Assembly: GCF_964355755.1 (NCBI RefSeq)
Contig: NC_092678.1
Location: forward strand, 5,348,422-5,412,421
Length of the DNA stretch: 64,000 nucleotides
Direction of reading: 5' to 3'
From: Antedon mediterranea
Taxonomy: Eukaryota > Animalia > Echinodermata
Part shown: positions 52,632 through 64,000 of the stretch, piece after piece
Numbering within the stretch: the first letter of the stretch is position 1
Layout: each line of letters begins with the position of its first letter
Position numbers and translations under genes: made by a program
Notes under the pieces: model-generated
The model's database searches: none
Told to the model about the DNA's origin: nothing
The model's input: the letters and a program-made list of their open reading frames with translations, nothing else

Positions 52632-55600
52632 ATGTCGGAAATAAATATATCCTCTACCGTAAGTATACAGTTGTTTACATGTTCATAAACTTTTACGTCA
52701 TGTTTATAAACGTCAGTAGGCTGAATACATTAATCTACAACAAGGTTTGCTACCAACATTGCCCATTGTTATCTGGGTGTAGCACGCACTGAAGCGTTGT
52801 GTGTAAAGTGGTCGAACAATTTCTTTGGGCTATGATTAGGTTTGGGGCGAAAAAATAAATTTATTATAAATTGTTCCTCATAAGGGACATTCATTATGAT
52901 TTTATGAATAGATAAAAAAAACGTAACCAATGAATAAAAATAAACATGTTTATGTATTAGGTTTATTATTTGATCTGTTTTAAAAAATGTATATTTTTTC
53001 TTTTCCAGGAAGAACAATTCGATAAATTACTGAAGAAAGTAAGTAAAAAATATAAAAGAAAGAAAGAATTGGTCGAGCTAAAAATTCTGTTGATGGACCA
53101 CTTTGACGATATGTCGTTACACGAAATAGAAAACATCAAAGCACTTGATTTGTTTGATCGACTCAAATCCAAAGGTTACATTTCTTATGAACCTACAGAT
53201 GTAGAAATTCTGATTGTCATTGCCGAGGAAACAAAAGAGGATGAGGCACTTCAATTACTAAATGAATTTAAAGATACGTATAAAAACAACAATCCCACGT
53301 ACAGATTTTCCAATGACACACCAATAGGAGAAACTCCGAAAATCCTTCTAAAACAAACAAGAGAACAAGGAACATCTGTGATGGGTCTAGAACGTAAACT
53401 TCGAGAATGCACTAATATGCATGAGCAAGTTTATGGTGATACACTCATGTCTGAGGAAGAACGTCAAATGGCGGATAGCACGGTATCAACGGTAAAGTTT
53501 GCAAATTTGCTATTTTTGGGTGATCATTTAGAATAAAATGATCACCTATTGTTATTTTATGAAATCTCTAATATTCTTCTTTCTGTACACTTTTTGTGTA
53601 ACAATTATCTCAAAAAGTTGAATGGCAATGATCACAAAAATTTCACAATGTCTTTCAAATACTTTAACTTAGTCCTAATAAGCTTTTCAGCGGTCAAGGT
53701 CAAGGGTAAAAATATTAGCAAAAAAAAACGCACACGCACGTAGGGTCATGCGCGTTAAAAATGTAAAAAGCTCAAATTTAAGTTTTGATCAATTTAGAGA
53801 ATGAATTAGGTCATTTGCGTGTTTCAAAAAATTACAGCGCAAAAACACGTTTTTGTGCGCGCGATACATACAATATAAAAATAAAAATACGTATTTTTTG
53901 TACAAATCGCCTTCTACTCATCATTCTTAGTACATTCACCAAATTTGAGTCCATTCATAAAATAACGCTATACGAGCAGGTTAAATATGACAAAATGCGC
54001 ACATTAATTGCACAAAAGTGCTGAAAATGGTAAAAAATAAGGCATTTTTAAAATGAAAATAATTCTTCAAAATGCACGGTGATTCCCAATTTTTTTTAAC
54101 TAATTCTGGAAGCCATTGAGTTGTAGATATGAATTCATGTACAAATTTGACGTACAAAATGACGTGACGTCATCAAATGGCCACTTGAATTTAAAAATTA
54201 GGATTTTTAATCTTTTTTTGTAGGTTATCACATTTAATAGAGCGCATCTCAGTTATTTGAGGCCGATTTTGGCTCAAACTTCAGTATGTGCTTGCTAAAT
54301 TAATTATATTTATCATGAGTTGCCACCTTTTTTCATTTTGATGACGTCATCACGACTAAAAACTTGAATAACGTAAGTCGTGTAATTCCACCTGCAGCGT
54401 ATATTTGATTATCTCACAGCTCTTCAGAATTAAAGTTGACCTTGGTGATTATGTGTTATGAAAGCTGAAGAAATTTAGATATGAATTTATATAAAAATTA
54501 AGCATATCAGATGTTGTGACGTTATGATATGGCCAGTTGAAGTTAAAAAGTAGTTTTTTTATTTCTTTAGTCAAAGTTATACAAATTTCAAAGAGCGCGC
54601 ACCGCCCTTCTACGTGCCACATTTTCTTATATATATTTGTTCAACTCATTATTTTTCGATATTGTTATCCACAAGTTTATTTTGATAATGTCATCATACC
54701 AAAAAATTAGAACATGATGTGTGTCCGTAATTTCACCAATGCTACACGTGTATATAGATATACAGTATACACTGAACATATTGTATGGAATATAATAGGC
54801 ACAACTCAGCACTATAAGCGTATAATAGGATGGCATACATCAACATTTTCCGATCGCATTAACATACGTGCATGTTTAAAAATATTATTTTATAAAAATG
54901 ATCACCTATAATTCGTCAAAGTGACGAATTATATTCTAGTTATTCTTTAATCCATTACAACAATTAGGATGGAGCTAGAACATGAGGACGAGTTCGAAGC
55001 ATCAGGAAGAGAAATGATGAACAATCCTAAATCATACGTAGGGCCCACTAATCTCAGAATATAATTTGTTTATGCCTTTTTGCTTTACTTTTCCAGAAAA
55101 ACAAATTTCATAATATGCTTTTAGATCTAAGTATTACATATGGGGGCGAGGACAAATTGCTCCAGCTAAAATACCTGCTGAAAGACCACTGTGACGGAAT
55201 GCCGCCCGACGAAGAAATACTGGGAGCACCAGCTTTGTTTCATCAGCTTGAAAAGAGAGGCTATATTTCTCATAACCCTACAGATGTAAAGATTTTGTTA
55301 GACATTACTAAAGAAACAGAAGATATGGAGGCATTTAATCTAATTCATGCTTTTAAAGAAAAGTATCCAAACAACGATCCCAACTACAAGTATACGAAGA
55401 ACAAACCAATAGAGGAAGCTCGTAAAAAAATTCTAAAACAAGCAAGAAATTATCATCTAGACTTAAATAAGATATATCATACAGATCCAGTGATATCGAT
55501 GGAGGATATGTATTGTTATATTCACTTATCTTCTGAAGACCTAAAACAAAAACAAAGAGGGTAAAGACTGTTTTTAAAGAAACGATAAATAAATGTTCAT

Positions 55601-56789
55601 AATAAATATTAAAACTTAATTTCCAAGACGCTGGCATATTTGATTATTGATTATACTGCTTACTTTAACCTGTAAAGTTTGATTGCTTGATTTTGTGTTT
55701 ATACTGGTTTATTTTCCTTCGATTAGGGCAATGCAGAAGATGTTTCACGAACTAGAAGAAAAGGAGAAAAAGACAGGTAACAATTTACAATGTAAATTTG
55801 TATGAAAATGTAATATAAATACACAGCAACTCCACTGCAATTGTTCACAATAAAAAAATAAAGAACATCAAGGCCATTCAGAAGAGGTATCTATAGTTAT
55901 GCATTCTCACAAACATAAACAACACCTAGTTAATTAGAAAGAAGCTGAACTGATTGCTACTGTTCCTTCTCGAGATGCGCCAGAGAAATCTACAAACACA
56001 ACACTGTTCATCGATTCAAGATATTGGATTTGTTATTAGTGATATTTGGCTATCTTTATTCAACAAGAACCTACAACAGTAAACCATGCCATAGTTCTTG
56101 GCAAGTTTACATTGTGCGGTTCACAACCATTTCCAGACACATGGTCGTTATACACTCAGCTTCCAGACAATGCTATTGTTTTTGGCTGCCCACGCCTCTA
56201 AAAAAAATGCTCTTCTATAGCTAGTTTCAATCCCTCCCATTGTGAACCTTGCTATTCTTTTAGCTTTCACATCAGTCCCATCCAATTTCACTTATATTTC
56301 CAGTTTCCTGGACTTCCTGCATTCTCACTCCTGAGGATGATCAAAGTACATTGATCGAAACGTCAAGAAACTCAACAGTTCTTTTCAGAACTGCATACGT
56401 GATGTACCTCAAACTTTATATCAACAATAAATAAATGTTCTTAAATTTAAATTCTGTCACAATCATTAGACATTATTGACTATAACAATCAGAGATTAAA
56501 ATGTTTACATTTGTTTATTTCAGAAAGAACAAAATGGTCCATACGATGTTGGTATGCTTTGTTAATTGTATTGGCGCTGTGTATTGTGTTGGAATTTTTC
56601 CTTTATTTTTTCAATACAACAGGATATATAGTTGTTCTTTTTATTTTGATATTCCTCGTTATTGTTTTTACTGTGTTGTCATTCATACTTGGTGAAAAGT
56701 ATTTACAAATTGTCAATTTCGTTTCAGATTTCATGACTATAATTTCAATCTTAACATTGTTGGACTTATTTGTAAATAACGATAAATAG
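52632..56789 (+). CDS. Gene G: two duplicated DED1-type exons / 3-TM protein, ~429 aa
   Basis: Exons 52632-52658 (MSEINISST), 53009-53491, 55097-55560, 55727-55776 and 56524-56789 give 1290 nt open. Alternatively these are two genes, the second starting at ATG 54969. Confidence 0.65.
53513..54940. mobile_element. Non-autonomous Helitron/Helentron-like element in gene G intron
   Basis: Subterminal inverted motifs GGTGATCATTT / AAATGATCACC at both ends. Terminal hairpin AATTCGTCA-AAG-TGACGAATT followed by CTAG|T. Confidence 0.6.
55830..56430 (+). mobile_element. Penelope-like retroelement remnant
   Basis: Degraded GIY-YIG-like tail (SIVMHSHKHKQHLVN*KEAELIA), followed by a CTGAGGA-stem-GAAAC motif and AATAAA. 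Confidence 0.5.
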
Positions 56790-57989
56790 CGATAAACAGC
56801 AAATACCTAATAAAAATAATTCTGCCTTCCCTTTTTAATTGAGTAGGCATAGTTATTGTACCTTCACACGAGCGGTACGAAAATAAACAAAAAACTGAAA
56901 TGGCTATCCCCACTAACTTAGTTGAAACCAGGAAGTTGCAAGGTGATCATGGTTGAAAATCTACCAATGAAATCAGAAATATGGAACAATATATAGTAAT
57001 AGTGAGAACTAATGTTATCAAATCTACGTTTCGCGGTACATGTGAGATAGATGAGGTAGGTATCCAAGGCGGAGATTTGTCCCGAAGTTTTCCCATTGTG
57101 CTCGCCTATGTCAGAATTAAGCATAATTTATATTTAGATACCTTGAACAATAACAATCTTATTTTATCTGATGTAATGAATATAAATTTAAGTACAGTAC
57201 TTTTACATAAACAAACTAACCCATTTTTGCAGCATAATCCTGGTGTAATTATACTATATTGCAACAGCATTTTTAAGATGATTATTTAGAATTTGTTGTA
57301 GTGAGATTTCTTAATATTTCAATTTTTTTATTTGGTTTTTATACTTCTACAAAATGTATTTCGTTTTTAACATTCTCATTAGTAGCAGGGTAACTTCGTG
57401 TTTGCTTTGTTCTGTCTTGACTCCATGGTTTTGTATATGTTTCATATTATTAAAGTGGTTTTAATTACTGTAGTATCACTAGTTTTAATTGTCGTAGACC
57501 TTTATGGTATTTACTGCACCTATGAGCAATGACTGATTAGATATATGTAAATGTTTTTATTATTATTATGCTAGTAATAATTACTGTAATACAAAAATAT
57601 AAAAATATTTTTAAAACTTATATGGTATATCAGTTAATAAAAAAAGTTCTTTGATTTACCTATTCTCATGTTCCTTCATTTAGTTGTCAGATGATGAGTA
57701 TTCTAACTAACTTCCACCTTGCAGTAAAGATGTCTTTAGAATAGATTGGGGTCGATTGAGGTTATAATTTTCAGCAAAAAAAATTTTTATTGCACTTTAT
57801 AAAACAAAAATATGATGGAATCTAGAAGTAACTGCATAATGAAAATAGAAAAAAAATTGACATATGTGCATCTACAAAACAAACAAAACTGCTATTGGAA
57901 AGTCATCACTGTAAAATGTATGATTCATGTAATAAAATAAATACTTGGAATGCAATGTTATTCAGAACAATACAAATATAAAGAAACTT

Positions 57990-58405
57990 TACAAATAGGA
58001 TACATTAGACACCAAGACGTTAGGTGTTGGAATAGAACTTTCAAGTTCATCGTGACGGATGATTCTTCTCCTCATCTCTGGAAACCTTTCCATCAGTAAA
58101 TGCTCTTCCAATGGTGAAGACGTCAGTCTGGCTATTGGATGAAATGGCTTGAGCAAAACAAATCTAGAATTGCATAAAAATAAATATTAAAAAAAAGCAC
58201 TGATAAAACATTGAATTCTAACCATATAAACTCAGCTTTTTTTAGACTGATGATAACATTGATGATGATGGTAGCCATAGTGATGATGATCCTTCTAATA
58301 AAAGATAAAAATATAAAGATGAAAAGCAACAAATTGATACAAATCATACTTGGCCTTGTTTGGGATGGATTGAGGCATGTGAGGGCATACAAGCATTGGT
58401 CCTGA
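57990..58405 (-). pseudogene. Partial second copy of the antisense gene (last exon and part of the penultimate exon)
   Basis: Homologous to 46790-47270; last exon FVLLKPFHPIARLTSSPLEEHLLMERFPEMRRRIIRHDELESS..SYL*. Confidence 0.6.
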
Positions 58406-58406
58406 T

Positions 58407-59442
58407 GTAAGCCAATATCAGAATTTCGCAAAAAACTTTTCAAAGCTTTAATTGCAAATATAAATCCTGTGGCACCTGTGGTGTTTGATAATACCTGGGA
58501 TTTTGTGTTCAAGTTGGAGAGGGAACTATTGTTGACGGTGGATAAAACAAAAATGAAAAGGTTTGCAAACTGCCTCGATCCGGTCGCAAGTGCTATTCTT
58601 CTAGGTATGTACATTCCTTAATCAGCATAGTATAAGCCTACACTGGTTTTATTTTAGGTGAGATAGGACCAGTAAGTCCCCTATTATATCCAGATCTAAT
58701 CATGTTATTTGTATCGAGTCGACGTTATCCAACTTTCATTTATTATTTCAGGTGAAGATGACAACCCGGATGCTGGAACACCCATGGTAATGCCCCTTGG
58801 GTATAATTTTAAATTAGCTAATAGTATAGTAGGCCTAATAATGACGGTAGTAAATCGTAAGTTATCAAGTAGGACGAACTGATGCAGATTATGAAGAAGA
58901 ATGTTCCCGTATATTCATTTCCTTCCATCCAGAACTCTCCCAACAATGAAACGCGTTTTATATGCTTCTCAAAGACTATACTAACTGTATCACATTAGCA
59001 CGCGTAATCAACGCAAAATGTCCTATACCTGATGTAGTCCACTAGTTCTAAAAATAACACGAAGGAATCCCAAAGGTATTAAAGTTAAACATTAACCTAA
59101 AGGTATTGTTTTATTATATGTTTTGTATTCACAAATTCTGTTGATTTTTGTTCGATTAGGACCAATGAGCTAAGCCGAATGGAGAGGATTCAGAAATTCT
59201 TAAAAGGTAATTATAAAGACAATACATAAAAAAAAATACAAATGTAGGCTACACATCATCATCACTATTCTGTTCTGACAATCTATAAATATATGGTATT
59301 TGTAAGTACTAAATAAAGAATTAACAAAAATAACAAGCACTTATACCTTTAGATTTAAAATACTGTGTTTTCCCTTTATTTCAGCAAGAAGAAAGAAATG
59401 TTGGTATGTTTGTGGAGTTCTACTGTCTTTTATCCTGGAGTT
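58407..59442 (+). pseudogene. Truncated duplicate of gene F (DED2, two linker exons, start of the TM exon)
   Basis: Near-identical to ~50243-51340 including introns. It lacks exon 1 and DED1, has a 30-nt deletion in DED2, and breaks off early in the TM exon. Confidence 0.88.
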
Positions 59443-60394
59443 ATCCTATAATTTTTAGGATACGGAAGACCCCTCCATTGTGACACTTCTATTCAGGAGA
59501 CATCTCTATTAAGGGGACCCTTTCAAGCATGGGATGGATTGAGGTGTGTGAGGACGCCGTACAAGCATTGGTCCTGACGCCTTTTCAAACATCTCTTTTG
59601 TTTGTGCTTTTAATATGTTTGGTTCTTTATTAAAAATTTTTTTTCCGGGGAAACCCATATTATTAAGGGGAAGATTTGATAGGTCCCGAATGTTTCCCTT
59701 TTGTATTATCTTAAACAAAATAGGCCTGGGTAAATATTTAGACTTATTATTCCAAACATTATATTGATGTTTGGATAGTTTTATTATCATAAATGCTGTA
59801 CTGTACCAACATTTATAACATATTATATTGCATTTTAAATTTGTTTTACGCTTTTACAATGCAGTACTGTATACATTGTCAAATGTCAATTGTACCTAAA
59901 ATACTACAATGCCTTAAATAAAATAATAAGGTCGGCTGCATAAAATAAAACTTTATAAATTTAAGTAATTTCCCCAGAGACATGTCATATTTGTTACTAT
60001 GGTAACTATTCAAACATAGTCTTATCAATGTGCATTATCAAACAATTAAAGAGGAAATTATGAACCTGTAAATTAGCTACTGCTTGCGTTTACTTTCTGT
60101 AAAGCATACAGATTTTTTGGGCACGAACAGACGGACGTGTATTGGACTAAAGTAGAAAAACAGCGATCAATTTGGAAAAAGTGAATTTGAAGTAAGTAAT
60201 TACTGTATTGTAAGCTTAACTTCTTCAACATTCGCTACCAACAGCAAAATGTATCTAGACTAGACAAAAACACTTTGGGACAACCACAATAGCCTAATCG
60301 CATTACCAGCTGCAAAACAATTGAGCTAAATTGAATTACTAATTTATTATGTAGTCAATATCAATATTATTATTATTCATTCCTCTTCCAGAAA

Positions 60395-62679
60395 ATGTCA
60401 ACAGACGACCTAACATTTGCAGATTTCCTTTCAAAATTAAGTAATGAGTATAAAGGTGAAAAAGTCTTTTGGCTGAAACTGTTGCTATTTGACCACTGTT
60501 CAGGAGCATTGTTAGGCAGAGATGACATCCCAGCACTTGAGCTCTTTAATGAGCTTGATGAACAGGGTTACATTTCTTACAAACCATTAGATGTAGAAAT
60601 TCTAGAGGACATTGCTGAAGTAACAAAGCAGAAGGAGGCTTTAGATGTGATAGAGAAGTTTAAAAATGAGCAAGCAAACACGAAAGTTGACAACTGCACC
60701 AATGGCGAACCAATAACACCATTTCGCAAAAATCTTTATAATGCCTTAAGAAAAAATTCAAAGAAAGTAAAAGTCATTGCTCCTGCCTACAATCTTGAAC
60801 ATGAAGAATATAAGAATATTTGGGACTTTGTATTCAAGCTAGAAAAGAGCAAAAGTCTGGTGGATACAAAGAAGTCAACAGAAAGGTTTGCAAAACAACT
60901 CGACAAAGATGCGGCTGATATTTTACTTGGTATGTAAACACAATCAATAATAACAATAATCATTTTATTGAAAAATAGTTAGAATTGGGAAAAGTTTAGC
61001 TTTAGCTTAAATTCAGATTGTCAGGTGTTGGGAGTTATACAAAACTATTTCTTATATATTCTGCTGTTGATTAACAAGAATATGCTGAGGCATTCACATC
61101 ACAGTTTGTTGACTCAATGACAGAAGGTAATATTTTTCTAGAATTAAAATGCATGCCCAACCCAAATTATGGGTCACAAATATAACATATCCAAATCATA
61201 GCAATTTTCTAGTCTTACGTTAGGCACTCCACATCTTGAGTCTCATTTGTTTATTGTTATATTCCTTCCTATTATCTTATGTTAACAGTGATGTTTACAA
61301 ATGGGTAAATAAAAAAAAATAAAATAAAGAAACCCTGAATTTAATGCATGATGTAAAATGAGCTTCAGACTAATGTTGGGAGATACAAACAGGGAAACAG
61401 GAAAAAAAAACCTGTGAGAAAATAAAGTAGTCTGCAACAATATATTCAATCAATCACATTAATAATGCAAATAAATTTGGATGTTGCACAGTTCAGTCCT
61501 GTCATACAGAGGAACAAGATTTGGTGGAAATCAAATTACAGTCTAAAATCCCTGGTATGGTGGTAACAATTTTGTTTAATTTTTCTTTGACATTATCGCC
61601 TAAAATTTATAAATTTAAACTTACAATACTTAGTATTGTATATTCTGTAATAGCCACTCCATAATCTCTTTCATTTTCTTCCTTATATCTATATACACCT
61701 TTTATAATGTTAAATTATTATTTTATACTAACACATATCATTGTCTCTTTTTATATTTAATCTATGTACAAGATCATTACACTATTTACCAAACTATATA
61801 CACTAATAATTTAATCAAACATTGTATACTCTATCTCTAACGAAACATTTAGATCTTCAATCAACTAAAGCCGAAGTTTAGTCATGTCCCGGAGCATTAT
61901 TTTATTTTTTTCATGAATAATTCATTACCTTAATTATTTTCTATTATAAAGAATTGCAAGATAGCTGATCTACTTCCTAAATATACTAAACCAAACCCTG
62001 TAAATAATCTCTTTTAAATATTTTTTAAAAAGTCATGTTCTTGTGCAAGTATTACAGCTTTTACCACTAGACAAAACATTTCAGTTGGCAAACTCTGTTT
62101 ACACAAGGTATTTAATTTAATCCATGCTTATATAGCGCCCTCTATAAGGTCCCATATTATATCATAGTTATTCTAATGAATTATTCATAACTTCCTGCTT
62201 TAATTGGATAGGAGAAAAAATAATGCATCCCAGGACCACACTCTATAAGTCATGACTATGAATGGATGATTTTTGGGAGCAGGAATGCTTGTAGACCAAA
62301 CCCAGTCCCGTTTTGATTCCGATCAATCAGGAAATCATTATTAATCCTCATTACATTATAAAGATTTCAGTCAACTACTTTTAACATGACTATTTCACAG
62401 GTAAATCTTCTGATGGGGAAGAACATTCAAAGGCACCCACATCACAGACTGTTGACTCCATGAAAGAAGGTAATAACATTTTAGCGTTTAAATGACACAT
62501 TAATGTAAGGAATACTTTTTTCACACACTAATAGTGCTCTGCATTGCTTGTGATACCTCTTGCCATGTAATGCTAAACTTGTTGTTGCTAACATAATTTG
62601 CTCTGTTTCACAGTTGAGACCTCTCACACAGAAGTACAAGGGGCATCAACATCACAGTATAAAGGTCTCAACAAATGTG
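60395..62679 (+). CDS. Gene J: tandem-DED-like protein, 3' end not in window
   Basis: DED exon 60392-60929 (MSTDDLTFADFLSKLSNEYKG..WDFVFKLEK..ILLG), then phase-1 linker exons 61079-61126, 61492-61554, 62401-62469 and 62614-62679. Confidence 0.72.
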
Positions 62680-62708
62680 GTAGTTTCTTTTATTTTAATA
62701 TCAATTAG

Positions 62709-64000
62709 TGTCACGAACTCCTCTCACGTATGTTTCCGAGCGGTTGAAAATACTTTAGGAACTCCCTTGTGACATAAAAGTATACACACAAAATCCACAA
62801 AGTTGTAAAATAACTCAAAAACAAAGCTTTAATTTCAATCAACTTCAACTTTCAACAATCCAGTAAGCACTTTAAATAACAGCTTCACAATGACTTTACA
62901 ATATAACATCCAACCTCTAATCCAACCTCTAATCCAACAACCTTACAATAGTTTACATCCCTTTATATACAAGATGCTCCTATCCTTCTAGATCATTCTT
63001 TATACTTCTCATTATTACATGATTACAGTTTCTATTAATAGCACTTCTGGAATGTTCTTGATTGTTCTTATTAATTATACATGGTTTATTAAATCAAAAC
63101 ATCTTATTCTAGAATGTTCATGTAAATACTATGTTACTCTATATGTTAGGGAATGGTAATTTATTACACTCCCTCCTCTTTCTGAGCTCAAAACTCTTTC
63201 TTGGAGTTTTGAGGGGCAAGTATACACGGACGTGGCAAAATTTAACCCACTCCTAGTCTATGAAACTTAAATACGCCATAATAACATACAACATAATTAT
63301 TAATAATTACTAATAATGAACAAACAATATTCATGTAAATTTGTCGGAATGGTTCACTAATTATTACTGACATAGGAATCATAAAATCCTTAAATTTAGT
63401 TTTATACTTTGAGGCTTTACAATACTCTGTCAACGAAATATCATGTGAAAATTTCAAAACACTATTACTGCAATGATATAAAACCAGTAATTTCTCTATG
63501 GGTTCTGTCTGGTGTTTAGTAAAAACATGCCTAAATAAAATTCCGTCCTTACAGACCGTCATATCTTCCCGACATAAACCTTCTTTCCTTTCAATATCTT
63601 CCCGATGTAAACGTTCTTGGTTATCCATCATCTGCTGCATCAGAAGACTCTGTTGTTGTATTTGTTGCTTCATTAACAACACTAAAAAGTCTATACTGCT
63701 GTACACTTTACCGGATATTGTTGTTGATTGTTTATCAGCCATATTTTAAATCTGGATGAGGGTCTTGTTACTAGTTAATCGTAGTTACCGAGACGTTCAC
63801 AAGTCTACTGTTCCAAATAAATAATGTACTGTTCTTAAAACAATGTTTGTGTTCTTACGATTAAACAAAACGTAGCACCGCGGCTTCCGTAAAATATCAC
63901 AGTATTGTAAGTACCGCTTTCACAAAATATCAATAAAGTACAGTTGATCCTAAAACAGCCACCAATCTATGGCAAAATACAGTAGATCAAACTGCTACCA
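62709..64000 (-). mobile_element. Internally deleted Gypsy-like LTR retrotransposon (3' LTR 62709-63168 plus internal remnant)
   Basis: The LTR matches the solo LTR at 39549. A polypurine tract AGAGGAGGGAG abuts it on the minus strand. ORF 63242-63742 joins a Gln-rich gag-like start to integrase-region remnants (DGILFR, VLKFSHD, EPFRQIYMNIV). Confidence 0.8.

Noticed and set aside
58132-58614. 160-aa minus-strand ORF
   Set aside because: It spans a deletion junction and is antisense to the truncated gene F copy; no coherent protein.

Overview
AT-rich animal genomic DNA with spliceosomal GT-AG introns, probably from an invertebrate; the taxon cannot be fixed from sequence alone. The left end holds a complete 7-exon EMC3 gene on the minus strand, whose intron 1 contains a LINE interrupted by a Harbinger-type MITE. 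From about 9 kb to the end runs a plus-strand tandem array of a rapidly evolving gene family. Members have a tiny first coding exon (MS...), a large exon encoding a caspase-8/cFLIP-like tandem death-effector-domain (DED) pair, and modular Ser/Thr/Glu-rich linker exons. They end in one of two alternative C-terminal modules: a three-transmembrane-helix exon (genes A, B, C, F, G) or a coiled-coil/filamin/NHL exon of TRIM2/3 type (genes D, E). No member completed within the window has a caspase domain. The array shows frameshifted and deleted copies, exon duplication, a gene-conversion tract, an interleaved antisense gene remnant and many transposon insertions (Helitron/Helentron, Gypsy LTR, MITEs, Penelope). 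All exon structures were assembled by eye from splice signals and reading-frame phase. Domain calls rest on motif recognition, not database searches.
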